From the human T2T-CHM13v2.0 reference genome, Homo sapiens, in NCBI RefSeq assembly GCF_009914755.1, contig NC_060928.1: a DNA stretch of 64,000 nucleotides. One strand, written 5' to 3'. Under the pieces are notes generated by a model. The model saw only the letters and a list, made by a program, of their open reading frames with translations, was not told the DNA's origin and made no database searches. The position numbers and the translations under genes were made by a program. This document shows positions 14,646 to 31,912 of the stretch, one piece after another; positions within the stretch are counted from its first letter, which is position 1; every line of letters starts with the position of its first letter.

Positions 14646-17216
14646 TTTAAATACATAATGACAGAATTTGCAAAGTGACAGACATGTTTAATTGCTTTTT
14701 ATTATTGTGTTTATTGATCTTATATTTGTGGTTATTTATAAAGTTTTACTTGGTCTCAGAACAAAATGGATAAGATAAAATGAATATCTTGTATCAGAAT
14801 TAGTCAATGCTCCACAGTAGAAATAGCTATTTTTACTATACTGCTGGGTACAAGGACAGAATAAAATACCCACTTAGCCATTTTAGGAAGATGCTCCTCA
14901 AATTCCGAAGTGGCTTGGAAAACAGAACCCAATTTTGATCCTTCTCCTTGGACAGTCAAACTGGAGAATGGTGATTGGTCTCTGCGAGTTTATTTTAACC
15001 TGAGGTTCCTCCATAGGACATTTCAGAGAGTAGGACATAAATCTGCGTACGTGTTTTCCTTTCTGCTTAGAGAAGGCTTTGGCATGGCTAAGCATTTGCA
15101 AAGTACCTACTCTGATGGCCTCCGAGGGAATGTATGTAGGTATTGACTTGTTGCTGTTAAAATATTCAACATATTCAACTAGTTCAGCTACATTTAATAT
15201 GTTCATACAATTTAAGGTGACATTATTTTCAAAAAGAAAATTTAGAAATCCAGGTCAACATTTTAGTAATCTTAAGTCAAAGTCTTAAAAAATAGATTAA
15301 CCTGGTAAATTCTAAAGGCATACAGCTCTTTCAGATTTTAAGAGACATATACAAAGTTCAGAACATTTTAAATGAAAAATTGACACTGTGACCAAATGAA
15401 AATAAGAATAATAATAACATTAATATAATGGATAGCATTTATCCATAATATAATGGATAGCATTTTTATAAGACATCTGGTCAACACAAGATTCAAATAC
15501 TCAAATTTTTCTTTAAAAGGATATTTTAATAAGACAGGCAAAATAAAATATGTTTATTATAGGAAGCCTAATGATTAATTAATTTCATATTTTCTTTGGA
15601 AAAATATTTTTTGATTTGTTTCTGCTACAGCTGAAAGATAGATTTATGTTAAGCTTCTCCTGGCTTAGTCCTTATGGGCTCCATGGGCATTATTTGCTTG
15701 GAGTGGTAGAGGCCAACGCTGAGGCAATGTCACTTGTGGAACTCACCTTGAAAACTCATTGGCAAGTGAGGGGAATTCAGCCAGAGGACTCTCTTACTCC
15801 TGTTCTTCTGTGCAACCACTAGACCATTCTCTTTTTTTGAAAATATGTTAAAAATACCTACTCATATATACAAATCCCTACTACCTTAATATTGTTTGAT
15901 TGCTTCATTTGTCTTCCCACGCTCTTCTCTCTTCTAACAATCATTCATGGTATTTGAAAATGACTCAAAGGGAATACATTTAAGTATTGCTTTGTGGCTC
16001 AACAAAACAACGCCTCTCTGTCTGTTCTTCTTTTGCTGTTTTTGACAAAAAGACAATATACATATTCGTATGCACACAATTACATTTGTCGTGTATTTTT
16101 AAACCCTCACTCATTCTTAGTTTACTTGAAACTATTCAACTTTACCTAAGCATAATATGGAAGACTTTTCTTTCTCTGTCTTTAAGCTCCTTTCATCAAA
16201 AAGAAAAGAAATAGTGATGGCTTGAAATAATGTGATAGTAACAAAAGGAAAGAGAAAAGTAATCAGCATTATTATTAATAGAATAGTTTGAAGGATATAT
16301 ACACACACATGTATGTGTGTATCTATCTCTACACATTATATATATAGATGCTTTTCAATGTCACTTTTTAACTATACTTTGTATGAGTAAGTAAAGTTGG
16401 CAGATGCCAAGTAAATGTTAGGTATGTGACATCCCAGTAGGCTTAGGGTACTAGAGTAATTTGAGAGTGCTATGGAAATATGTGTAATCAGAATAAATTT
16501 ATGTAGGTCAAAAGTTCATCAGGATTAAAGGTAAAACATATTTGACTGGGTCAAAAATGTTTACATTTAATGACGACATAGACAAATTGGATGTGGGAAA
16601 AAGGAACAGAAGAAAAGATATAAGAGCCTGCAATTTTAAGCAAAAAGTAACAGCCACTAGAAACTTTATCCTACAAATAACATGGATATTTTGGGGACTT
16701 TTAAATAAAACTCTACTCTTATGTTTATATCAAATTCATGTGTATGTACCCAAAACATAGAGCTCTACAACAATTTTATTTGATTTTGCTTCCTTTCCTT
16801 ATAAAAACTTCCATTCTGTATGTGTCACATACCATTTTTTTCCTTCTGTATTAACTTTCTGGGAGAAGAGATTGAATTAATAAATTGCATCCTCATCACC
16901 TAGTGATTCTTTTCTGCATTTCTTCAGAAAACTTTAGTTTTATTTACATATTAAATCATGAAAAAAATAAGAGAAGCAAATGCGATGGGAATACGGATTA
17001 CAGAACATACTTTAGGAGAAGAAAACCTTCAGATTAAGTAAGTCTTATTATACTTATGTGTTCAGGGAAAGTGAAGAGTCTCCAAATATAAAAATATAAT
17101 TTCTTCTATATTTAATTTAGATAATATCAGTCCAACAAATTGAATTTAGAGAAATGGTCTTATTTGAGAAGTTTACTTCAGTACTTCAGTTGCTCATTCA
17201 TTCATTTCTTCAATAA

Positions 17217-17220
<4 letters not shown>

Positions 17221-17247
<27 letters not shown>
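17221..17247. repeat. (TG)n microsatellite
   Basis: Direct reading. Confidence 0.95.
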
Positions 17248-17403
17248 TTTTACACCAACTATATGCTTAGTAATGTCCTAGGTCCTTGGAGTGAAAGAGA
17301 GATCTATTCTTTTATACAGCTTATAATGTAGTGGAAGAGACAGACAATAAGCAAGGAAAAATAATGTCACATAGTGATCAGTGCTATTAAGAATAGTAAA
17401 GTA

Positions 17404-17666
17404 ATTACAGCTAGATAGAATACTTTTTAGTGTTCTATAGCACTGTAGGATAACTATAGCTAACAATAATATATTATATGGTTTCAAATATCTAGAAGGA
17501 AGATATTGAATATTCCCAACACAAACAAATAATAAATGTTTGATGTGATGGATATGCTAATCTGACTTGATCAGTATAAATTATGTACATTGAAACACCG
17601 CTGTATATCCCATAAATATGTATACTTATCACATGTCAATTAAACAAACAGAATAGAAAAGAAAAA
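17404..17666 (+). mobile_element. 5'-truncated L1MA 3' end
   Basis: L1MA 3'UTR motifs, A-rich tail, perfect 15-bp TSD aagaatagtaaagta (17389-17403, 17667-17681) at a TT/AAGA endonuclease site. Confidence 0.9.
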
Positions 17667-18134
17667 AAGAATAGTAAAGTAGGTGCAGGGATAGAGAGTG
17701 AAACTGGAAATGTCTATTTTAGATGAGATGATCAGGAGAGGTTTTCTGAGGAAGGAGTATTTAAGCAGAGGCTTGCATAAAGTGAAGGAGAGAGCCATGG
17801 GAATGTTTAACAGAAGGGTAATATAAGCAGGGAAAAGAGAATTTTAAGAGCACTATATCGGGTAAAGTTTGACACACTTGACAAAAAAAAAGAGCTCAGT
17901 GTGATTAGTGCTGAGTAATAGAAGGAAAGAGTGGAAGAAGACAAGATTTGAGTGTAGCCTTGGTGAAATATCAAAGAAGATCTTATAAGCCCTAAGAGAC
18001 AAATTGTATCCTATTTTGAGTGAGAAAGAAAGCCCCTAGACATTTTGAGAAAAATGAGTAACAAAATCTAATATTCAAATATTTTCTCTGTTCCTTCCTT
18101 TCTTTTTCTGGTATTCCCATTATTCATATATATA

Positions 18135-18373
18135 TTTTTTTCCATTTAACATATTTATTATGCAGCCATTTACAGAAACTTGACTTATGGAAGCACTAAT
18201 GAATACAACAAGTCAGGTTTTCTTCATCATGCCCCCCAAACCTCTTCCTCCACGCTCTAGCCATGGTCAAGGGCCCAGTGTGTGGTGCCCAGGGAGCAGA
18301 TGTCCATTAGATGCCTGTGACACCCTCCAGTTCTGCAGCCAACATGAGCAGTGTGTGAGATGGAAAGCTCTCC
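18135..18373 (-). other. L1 3'-transduced segment (18142-18373) with AATAAA and short A-tail
   Basis: Lies between the L1 A-tail and the left TSD; minus-strand AATAAA at 18154-18159, 12 nt before the A-run at 18135-18141. Confidence 0.85.
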
Positions 18374-18550
18374 TTTTTTTATTTTATTTTATTATTATTA
18401 TACTTTAAGTTTTAGGGTACATGTGCATAATGTACAGGTTTGTTACATAGTGCCATGTTGGTGTGCTGCACCCATTAACTCATCATTTAGCATTAGGTAT
18501 ATCTCCTAATGCTATCCCTCCCCACTCCCCCAACCCCACAACAGGCCTCA

Positions 18551-22416
<3,866 letters not shown>

Positions 22417-22479
22417 TATGGTGTTAGCTGGTTATTTTGCTTGTTAGTTGATGCAGTTTCTTCCTAGCCTTGATGGTCT

Positions 22480-23496
22480 TTACAATTTGGCATGTTTTTG
22501 CAGTGGCTGGTACCAGTTGTTCCTTTGCATGTTTAGTGCTTCCTTCAGGAGCTCTTTTAGGACAGGCCTGGTGGTGACAGAATCTCTTAGCATTTGCTTG
22601 TCTGTAAAGTATTTTATTTCTCCTTCACTTATGAAGCTTAGTTTGACTGGATATGAAATTCTGGGTTGAAAATTCTTTTCTTTAAGAATGTTGAATATTG
22701 GCCCCCACTCTCTTCTGGCTTGTAGAGTTTCTGCCGAGAGATCCGCTGTTAGTCTGATGGGCTTCCCTTTGTGGGTAACCCGACCTTTCTCTCTGGCTGC
22801 CCTTCACATTTTTTTCTTCATTTCAACTTTGGTGAATCTGATAATTATGTGTCTTGGAGTTGCTCTTCTCAAGGAGTATCTTTGTGGTGTTCTCTGTATT
22901 TCCTGAATCTGAATGTTGGCCTGCCTTGCTAGATTGGGGAAGTTCTCCTGGATAATATCCTGCATAGTGTTTACCAACTTGGTTCCATTCTCCCTGTCAC
23001 TTTCAGGTACACCAATCAGACGTAGATTTGGTCTTTTCACATAGTCCCATATTTCTTGGAGGCTTTGTTCATTTCTTTTTATTCTTTTTTCTCTAAACTT
23101 CTCTACTCGCTTCATTTCATTCATTTAGTCTTCCATCGCTGATACTCTTTCTTCTAGTTGATTGCATCGGCTACGGAGGATTGTGCATTCATCATGTAGT
23201 TCTCGTGCCTTGGTTTGCAGCTCCATCAGGTCCTTTAAGGACTTCTCTGCATTGGTTATCCTAGTTAGCCATTCATCTAATATTTTTTCAAGGTTTTTAA
23301 CTTCTTTGCCATTGGTTCAAACTTCCTCCTTTAGCTTGGAGTAGTTTGATCTTCTAAAGCCTTCTTCTCTCAACTCATCAAAGTCATTCTCCGTCCAGCT
23401 TTGTTCTGTTGCTGGTGAGGAGCTGTGTTCCTTTGAAGGAGAAGAGGCACTCTGATTTTTAGAGTTTCCGGTTTTTCTGCTCTGTTTTGTCCTCAT
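22480..23496 (-). pseudogene. ORF1: L1 ORF1, full span (1017 nt) with premature stops
   Basis: ATG at 23496, TAA at 22480; EIWDYVKRPNLRLIGVPE motif; in-frame stops near 23127 and 22804. Confidence 0.93.
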
Positions 23497-24522
23497 CTTT
23501 GTGGTTTCATCTACCTTTGGTCTTTGATGATGGTGACGTACAGATGGGTTTTTGGTGTGGATGTCCTTTCTGTTTGTTAGTTTTCCATCTAACAGTCAGG
23601 ACCCTCAGCTGCAGGTCTGTTGGAGTTTGCTGGAGGTCCACTCCAGACCCTGTTTGCCTGGGTATCAGCAGCAGTGGCTGCAGAACAGTGGATATTGGTG
23701 AACTGCACATGCTGCTGCCTGATTGTTCCTCTGGAAGATTTGTCTCAGAGGAGTACCCGGCCGTGTGAGGTGTCAGTCCGCCCCTACTGGGGGATGCCTC
23801 CCAGTTAGGCTACTCGGGAGTCAGGGACCCACTTGAGGAGGCAGTCTGCCCATTCTCAGATCTCAAGCTGCGTGCTGGGAGAACCACTACTCTCTTCAAA
23901 GCTGTCAGACAGGGACATTTAAGTTTGCAGAGGTTACTGCTGTCTTTTGTTTGTCTGTGCCCTGCCCGCAGAGGTGGAGCTTACAGAGGCAGGCAGGCCT
24001 CCTTGAGCTGTGGTGGGCTCCACCCAGTTTGAGCTTCCAGGCTGCTTTGTTTACCTACTCAAGCCTGAGCAATGGCGGGTGCCCCACCCCCAGCCTCGCT
24101 GCTGCCTTGCAGTTTGATCTCAGACTGCTGTGCTAGCAATGAGTGAGGTTCCATGGGTGTAGGATCCTCCAAGCCAGGTGCGGGATATAATCTCCTGGTG
24201 TGCCGTTTGTTAAGCCCGTTGGAAAAGCCCAGTATTAGGGTTGGAGTGACCCAATTTTCCAGGTGCCATCTGTCACCCCTTTCTTTGACTAGGAAAGGGA
24301 ATTCCCTGACCCCTTGTGCTTCCCAGGTGAGGTGATGCCTCGCCCTGCTTCGGCTCACGTAGGGTACGCTGCACCCACTGTCCTGCACCCAATGTCTGGC
24401 ACTCCCCAGTGAGATGAACCCAGTACCTCAGTTGGAAATGCAGAAATCACCCGTCTTCTGCGTCGCTCATGCTGGGAGCTGTAGACTGGAGCTGTTCCTA
24501 TTCGGCCATCTTGGCTCCACAC
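23497..24522 (-). promoter_or_regulatory. L1 5'UTR internal promoter (YY1 site CAAGATGGCC) and antisense promoter region
   Basis: ggccatcttg at 24504-24513; canonical L1PA 5'UTR; activity not inferable from sequence. Confidence 0.8.
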
Positions 24523-24536
24523 CCCGTTATTCATAT

Positions 24537-26110
24537 TTTGCACCTTTGTAATTGTCCTACAATTCTTGGGTATTCTGGGTTTTTTTTTTTTTTCATTTTT
24601 TTTCTCTTTGCTTTTCAGTTTGGAAAGTTTCTATTGACAAATCTTCAAGCTCAGTGATTCTTTCTTAAGTCACGTATAGTCTATTGATGAGCCCATCAAA
24701 CACATTCTTCATTTCATTTATTGTGATATTGATTTCTAGTATTTCCTTTAAATCTTTCTTAGAATTTCCATGTCTCTGCTTTCATTACCCAACTGTTTTT
24801 GTGTGTTATTAACTTTTTCCACTGGGGTATGTGGTGTATTAGTCATAGTTGTTTAAAATTCCCAGTATAATTTCAAAATCTGCTATAGTTGACTGGTTCT
24901 GATGCATGCTTTTTTGTCTCTTCAGACTGTGCTTTTTTTTTTTTTTTTTTTTGCCTTTTGCATGCCTTATAACTTTATGTTGACAGCCAGACATGACGTA
25001 TTTGGAAAAAAAAAAATTACTGGAATGAATAGACCTTTAGTGAAAACTTTTATGTTTATCTGACTAGGAGTCAGACTGTTTAGTGTTTGCTGTAGCGAAA
25101 ATTTCCTCTAGTATTCTTGTTTTTGTCTCCTTTGTTGACTTTGAGTTTTCTTAGAGACTTCTTCTTTAATAGGGTGTCAGGCTTACTTCTTTCTTTTCCC
25201 TCCATCCCTCCCTCCCTCTCTTCTTTCTTGCTTTCTCTTTCTTTTCTGCTGTAATCCCTGTTATATAAGTGCCATATTGATTCAGTGGAAATGTGCAGGA
25301 GGAGGAGGAGTATTCTGTATTCTGTGCTTAGGTCTCTGTCTTCTTTTGAGCCTATATTCCTGGTTTGTGATCTTCACAAGTGTTTCTGATGTTTCCTCCC
25401 CACATCTCTTGGGCTGGAGGGATCAGGAGTTGAGGTGGAGTTGGGTATTTTTCTTCTCTCACATGGAACACTAGAAAGGGACTAGTGTTGAGTGCTTCCC
25501 TTTCCCCATATTGAAGGATATAGGGCTGAAGTTGGGTATTTCCCTTCTTCTAAGCTAGTTAACCTCTGGCAAAATAATTTCCCTTGAGGGCAAGCTATAC
25601 TAAGGAGATCAGAGAGCTCTTAGTGCATTTCAGGATGGTTATTTGTCTCCTCCTTGTGCTAGAAGAACAAGGATAGTTTACTCTGATCTTCACAGTAAGA
25701 ACTTCCTGAGGCTCTGGGAGGAAAAACTCATGAAAGTCTGATTTCCCCTGATAATCCCCTCATTTTTTGGAATTTTTAACTCTCTAGCTTGTCCACAGTG
25801 AGTCTCCAGCATTTGACCAACTATAGGTTAAGTGTTTCTACTGGTATTGACTCAAGGTCAAAATGGAAGACAGGGGAATAAAGAGAAGCACAGCTTGCCA
25901 CTTTTGCTCCTGGGAAGCTGTGCTTCTCTTTATTCACTGTTTTCCATTTTGGGGGACAGCAGCTTGTCTTGGAGATCAGTTTTTCATGGATCTAAGATTT
26001 GTTAATTTTACAATTTTACAGTTTTACAATTTTTGTGTGTGTATGTGAGGATGGGAGTGACAACTTTCAAGTTCTTTATATATTGGATCAGAAATGAAAG
26101 TCTCCCAATG
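24537..26110 (-). mobile_element. Ancient L1M 5'/ORF1 region (host of the L1PA insertion; continues at ~18075-18129)
   Basis: Joining the flanks restores ggtattcccattattcatattttgcacctttgtaattgtcc, an L1M ORF1 antisense motif; ends in ggagtgacaactttcaag...gaaagtc L1M 5'-end-like motif. Confidence 0.7.
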
Positions 26111-26227
26111 TTTTCAACATAATATGGAAATTAATGTAAATATCCACCAATAGGGGAAATTATTTTAATAAATTATGATTAAATACATAGGCAACAAAGA
26201 ATAGGTTAAGAACTCTGCTTAGGATGG

Positions 26228-26720
26228 TGAAAGTTCTGAGATTTACTTCACCTAAAAACTATCAAGTTAGTCAATCACAGTTTCATGGATGGAAGCCATG
26301 AGATTCTTGGATCAAAGACAAAGCACTTGATTATTCACAAGACAGCAGGCAAGGGCATCATGTATGCATAGGTTCACCTTGTCCCCCATTTCTGTGGAGA
26401 CAAGGTACAGGAGATCATATGGATCCTGCACATACAGTCGTGTTGCATCATGGCTTATGAACCTCAAAGTTAGAGAACTCAAATCTTTCATAATCAACTG
26501 CAAACAAATCTGTTTTTTTTTGCCATAGAGAGATGCTATCTTTATTTTCTTTGGACAGTAAAGAAATCTTTCCTCTGCCTGGAAGAGATTTACAATCTCT
26601 GTTTTTCAAGGAAGTTTGCTATACAAACATTCTAGAAAAGATAGTCTGTCACAAAAACAGCCAGTACATCTGTTTATAAGATTTGCAGCAACATGAGAGA
26701 AACATGGAGATTCTCTCTCA
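26228..26720 (-). mobile_element. Ancient ERVL-class solo LTR, family uncertain
   Basis: gttctgagatttac...caagttag...acagtttcatggatg...gagattcttggatcaaagacaaag resembles an ERVL LTR end; appears to interrupt a MIR. Confidence 0.5.
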
Positions 26721-26729
26721 AAAATCTCA

Positions 26730-26890
26730 GGATCTGGAAATAAACTATCTCACCTCGGGTACCTCTGATGTCTTCTATCTCTGTAATCTTGTGCAAAGTT
26801 AATGAATCTATCTGTCCTTCAGTTTCCTTATATGTAAAATGGGTTTAATAATTGTACCATTAAGAATTGAAGTTGTTAGAGTATTAGAAA
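26730..26890 (+). mobile_element. MIR SINE
   Basis: tgtaatcttgtgcaaagtta...cagtttccttatatgtaaaatggg...aataattgtacc. Confidence 0.7.
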
Positions 26891-26904
26891 AGTACCAGAA
26901 TCCC

Positions 26905-27099
<195 letters not shown>

Positions 27100-27100
<1 letters not shown>

Positions 27101-27172
27101 GAAAGAAAGAAGGAAAGAAAGGAAGGAAAGAAAGAAAGAAAGGAGGGAGGGAGGGAGGGAGGGAGGAAGAAG
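27100..27172. repeat. (GAAA)/(GGAA)/(GGGA)n purine tract
   Basis: Direct reading. Confidence 0.9.
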
Positions 27173-28754
27173 AATTCAACTAAATGTTTAAACATATTAG
27201 CTGGTACTATAATTATGATACAGTGATACAAATGAATTCTGTCTATCTCTTATACATGAATGAAACAATGCTATAGAATTATATCTAAGATGTATTTTAA
27301 GTGGGAATAAACCAAAGTCCAAAGCATTATAGAGCATACTGCCATCTGTTTGAAATCAAAATAAAACCTAAATGTATGTACGTACCCACATATATAGTTG
27401 CTTGTTACATACGCCTAGACTGGCTTTAGAAGGATACTCGCATACTGAAAATTCATCTTGCCTCCAAAGAGTAGAGCTCATGGCTAGGGAACAGGGTAGA
27501 AAGAAAACATACTTTTCTCTCTAATCTCCTTAGTAATATTTGAACATTGTAGTATGTGAGTGTATTAACTGTTTAAAAATGTTTAATAAAATAAACTATA
27601 TGGATAGCTTATTTTTATGAAAATATCTTTGTTTATGAGGAAAACTCAACTGTTTATATGTTGAGATTTATATGTGATTAAAACAAATATAGCCTATTAA
27701 AATACCAAGTCATTTTAATAATGTGGAGTTTTGAATTGGTTATACAAAATTTTGAATAAAGAAGATCTTCAATATAAATACAGGTAAATGGCAGAATTAT
27801 AACCAGGATTGTGTGTTTGGTAGTTTCAACTTGAATCAACTTGGTTGAATTGATTTAGTGACTTTTGATTCTTGCAGTATTAACTCATTAAACTTCCTTT
27901 GAAATTTTGGTTTTGTCCTATTCCAGACTGCAAAATCTATATGCCAAACAAAACCAGAACCTTTTAAAAAGACTCTATTGAATTTCCTGTGCACTTGTGA
28001 ATGTCTGTGGTTTTTAATCATCAAACCACAAAAAAAGCAGGATTAAGATATGTGGACCTTGCAATGATGGTGAAAACTTCACATTAATAATGGATGAAAG
28101 ACTCAGCAGAACTGAGCAAGTTCAGATTAAGTTTGGCAAATGTATTGTTATTTTCCAGAAAACTAGCCAAGTATTACAGGGTGGGGGTTACCCATTCTCT
28201 CCCGTCTACCACCACATGTTTCTCTTTGCATCAATTATGTCATTGAGATTTTGGCAATTTTGCTCTGGATTTATGGAACTTGGAAAGAAGGCTAATGACT
28301 GCAGCCTCTTGGGCTCTCTTTTCTGTGGAAGCATTCTCCTTGAAGTTGTCATTTTAAAATATACTATTGCTGATATCTGCCTCTTGTACTTAATCTCACC
28401 CTTGAAACGTCCCAGATCTTGTGATGTGGCTAGCTCTCAAAAAAATATTGCTGCTGCTAGATAGCCAAGAACCTTTAATATTGATATAATATTTTCATAA
28501 TAGTCATTGCCTGTTCTAAAACATTACGAAAATATGTTTCAGTATATGAAACTTTTCTATAGTCCTAGTATCATCTATAGTTCAGTCTTTATCACCCCAC
28601 ATGGCAACAACTATGGATATTGACATTTGGAAGATAGTTGAGTTCAGATCTGGATTTTTACCTCCCTTACCTGCTGTGCAAACTTAGAAAATTACTACAC
28701 ATTTCTGACCATCACTTTCTCTAGAAGAAATTGGGTTTAATCAATTCATAACAG

Positions 28755-29000
28755 TCAGACTACTGGGAAAAAAGAAGCATATTCAATAGTGTTAAAGAAA
28801 GCAAATTTAATGAAGAGCCTCTTTACAAGATTGTGAGCACAGTTCAAAGGAAACCAGCAATTGAGAATGGAAAAGCCCCGGGTCAGCACCACCAGGAACA
28901 CACTACTATGTCTATACCTGAAGAGGCAAGGAAAGGGCATGGTTACCAGAACCAAGCAAGAATGCTGCTACAGGAGAAGGTTATCCAGTAGGAGCTAAAT
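28755..29000 (-). mobile_element. LTR33-like ERVL LTR fragment
   Basis: aatttaatgaagagcctctttacaagattgtgagcacagttcaaaggaaaccagcaa resembles antisense LTR33. Confidence 0.45.
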
Positions 29001-29774
29001 AAATGGAAATACAATATGTGCAATGTGTTTAGAAAAATAAAACTAATACCGAGGCATAAAATTGTGTTTAAATAACTAAAATATTCATAGAGGAGAAAAG
29101 TAAAATTTGGAAAGATGTCAACAATTGGGCACTGGTGATAGGAATAACCGTTTTCTTCTTAGAAAAGAGAAATAACAAGGGAATTTACCCAGAATTTATT
29201 TAAATGTTATACAAATTAAAATTTAAAAAATTGTGATGTAACAAACCAAAGGAAAATAACTATACTTCTGAAACAAACTTAAATGTATAAAAGAAGTCAC
29301 TATGTGATAAAAAAAAAAAAAAAACTTCCGAGAGGAAGATGAATTTTTCAATAAATATTCCTTAGAAAGTTGGCCAAGAGTTTGGGAAAGATTGGATGCT
29401 TACTTTTAATATACAATTAAATAAAGAAATGTCTAAATAAATAACATAAAGTCTTGGAAACAATGAATTCTATACAATCAACAGAAAATATTTGCAAGTA
29501 TAGAATTGAGCTGATGCTATTTTTGTTATCCTTTCATTTTTTGAAGTTTTTATGTATTTTCTACTTCCCATTATACTCTATTCCTTGGTGCTTGAGTTAT
29601 TTAGAAATGTGTCTTTTCTTTATTATTTTAGTATAATTTTTACAAAGTATACATTTTTGTTTCCGCTTTATTTATGATTTAGTCAGAGAATGTTTTGTAT
29701 ATTATGTATTTTTAAAAACTAATTGAAACTTGATTTATAGGCTAGTTGTGGTTTTTTTAAATGCTGCCTGAATA

Positions 29775-30767
29775 ATTTATGATCAAGTATTCAAAAGCAA
29801 ATGCAACAAAACCAAAAAAAAGACAAATAGGACCTTTTTAAATGAAGAAATCTGCACAGCCAAAGGAACAATCAACATAGGAAACAGATAACCTATAGAA
29901 TGGGAAAAACATATTTTCAAACTATGCATCAAAAAAAGAGGTAATACCCAGATGATATGGGTTGGCTCTGTGTCCCCACTCAAATCTCATCTCAAATTGT
30001 AATCCCCATGTGTCAAGGGAGGAACGTGGTGGGAGGTAACTGGATCATGGGGCAGTTTCTCCCATGCTGTTCTTGTGATAGTGGGGGGAGTTCTTATGAG
30101 ATCTTGATGGTTTAAAAGTGGTAGTTTCCCCTGTGCTCTCTTTTTCCTCCTGCTGCCATGTAAGGAAGGTACCTTCTTCCCTTTTGCCTTCCACCATAAT
30201 TGTAAGTTTCCTGAGACCTGCCCCGCCATGTGGGACTGTGAGTTAATTAAACCTCTTTTATTTATAAATAACCCAGTCTCAGGTAGTATTTTTATAGTAG
30301 TGTGAAAACTGACAAATACACCAGAATCTACAAGGAGCTCAAACAACTTAACAATGACAAAAAAATAAGCCCATTAAAGAGTGGGCAAAAGATGTGAACA
30401 TTTTTCAAAAGAAGACATACAAGTGACCAAGAAACATATGTAAAAAATGCTTAGCATCACCAATCATCGGAGAAATGCAAATCAAAACCACCATGAGATA
30501 CCATCTGACACCAATTAAAATGGCAATTATTAACAAGTCATAAATCAACAGTTATTGGTGAGGATGCAAAGCAAAGGAAATGCTTATATGCTGTTGGTGG
30601 GAATGTAAACTAGTACAACCCTCTTACTGGATATATACCTAAAGGGAAAGAAATCATTCTATTTAGAAGACATCTCTACTTTTATGTTTATCACAATACT
30701 ATTCATAATAGCAAAGATATGGAATCAACCTAAGTGTCCATCAATGGAGAACTGGATTAAAATATAG

Positions 30768-30815
<48 letters not shown>

Positions 30816-31120
30816 TATATACATATATATATATACACACATACATATGTATATGTATGTCAAATACCACATGCTCTCACTTACAAGCGAGAGCTAAACA
30901 ATGGGTACATATAGACAGAGTGGAATAATAGACACTGAAGACTACAAAGGGTGGGAGAGTGAAAGAGGGGCAAAGGTTGAAAGTTACCTATTGGGTAAAA
31001 TATTCACTATTTGGACGATGAGTACACTAGAAACCCAGAGTCCACCACTCTATAATATATACATGTAAGAAATCTGCTTATATTAACCCCAGAAATAAAA
31101 ATTTAAAAATGACAAAATTT
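29775..31120 (+). mobile_element. 5'-truncated L1MA1-3-like element, interrupted by THE1D
   Basis: ORF2 3' and 3'UTR motifs; degenerate TSD aaa(cc)tgctgcctga(a/g)ta at ~29759 and ~31123; internal (CT)(AT)(AC) microsatellite ~30768-30860. Confidence 0.85.
29953..30320 (+). mobile_element. THE1D-like MaLR solo LTR
   Basis: TGATATGG...AATACA ends; 5-bp TSD ccaga. Confidence 0.9.
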
Positions 31121-31370
31121 TTAAACCTGCTGCCTGAGTACTTGAAAGATTATATTCTCCATTTTTCGGGCAATAGGCTCTTTATATTTATTGTTTCAAA
31201 AATCTTTTAATGGGGGTGTAAAAGTCTTCAAAGATTAATTAGCTAAGAATTGATTTTTCAGATTCTCGAATTTTGTATGTATTCTTTCCTCAAATCTAAC
31301 TCCCTGATAACTTATTAGAAATGTTATTATGCATCCTTTCTTTGCCTTTTGTCATCTCCTCTTTACCTAT

Positions 31371-31734
31371 TGATATGATTTGGCTGTGTCCCCACCCAAA
31401 TCTCATCTTGAATTGTAACTCCCACAATTCCCACATCTCATGGAAGGGACCCAGTGGGAGGTAATTGGATCATGGAGGGGCAGATCTTTCTCATGTTGTT
31501 TTCATGACAGTGAATATGTTTCACAAGATCTGATGGTTTTATAATGACCTGCACAAGCTCTCTCTCTTTACCTGCTGCCATCCATGTAAGATGTGACTTG
31601 CTCGTCCTTGCCTTCCACCTTGATTGTGAGGCCTCCCCAGCCATGCAGAACTGTAAGTCCCTTAAACCTCTTTCTCAGTAAGTTGCCCAGTCTCGGGTAT
31701 GTCTTTATCAACTGAGTGAAAACGGACTAATACA
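31371..31734 (+). mobile_element. THE1B-like MaLR solo LTR
   Basis: TGATATG...CTAATACA ends; 5-bp TSD cctat (31366-31370, 31735-31739). Confidence 0.92.
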
Positions 31735-31912
31735 CCTATCTTTTGTTTTCCTCTGCAAAGTCATACCTCTCACCAATCTAAGTCTTGCTATTGTGCAATG
31801 TTCTGCATGAAAAACTTCCAAAGTAGTACTTAGAAATAACAGTGCTGGTGTTGAAAAAGGAAATGATTTTAGTTCCTGCATAATAAGTACTTTTGAAAGA
31901 CAAGTAGTGTTT

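Larger units (their letters stand above)
17190..18070 (-). mobile_element. L2 LINE 3' fragment, split by an L1MA insertion
   Basis: cattcattcatt tail; atagtgatcagtgctat; gatcaggagaggttttctgaggaagg; ttattttgagtgagaaagaaagccc-type L2 motifs. Confidence 0.7.

Noticed and set aside
14898-15288. Cluster of overlapping ORFs in unique DNA
   Set aside because: No recognised protein similarity and no convincing splice-site pair.
28090-28464. 124-aa plus-strand ORF
   Set aside because: No domain or compositional support; expected by chance in 64 kb.
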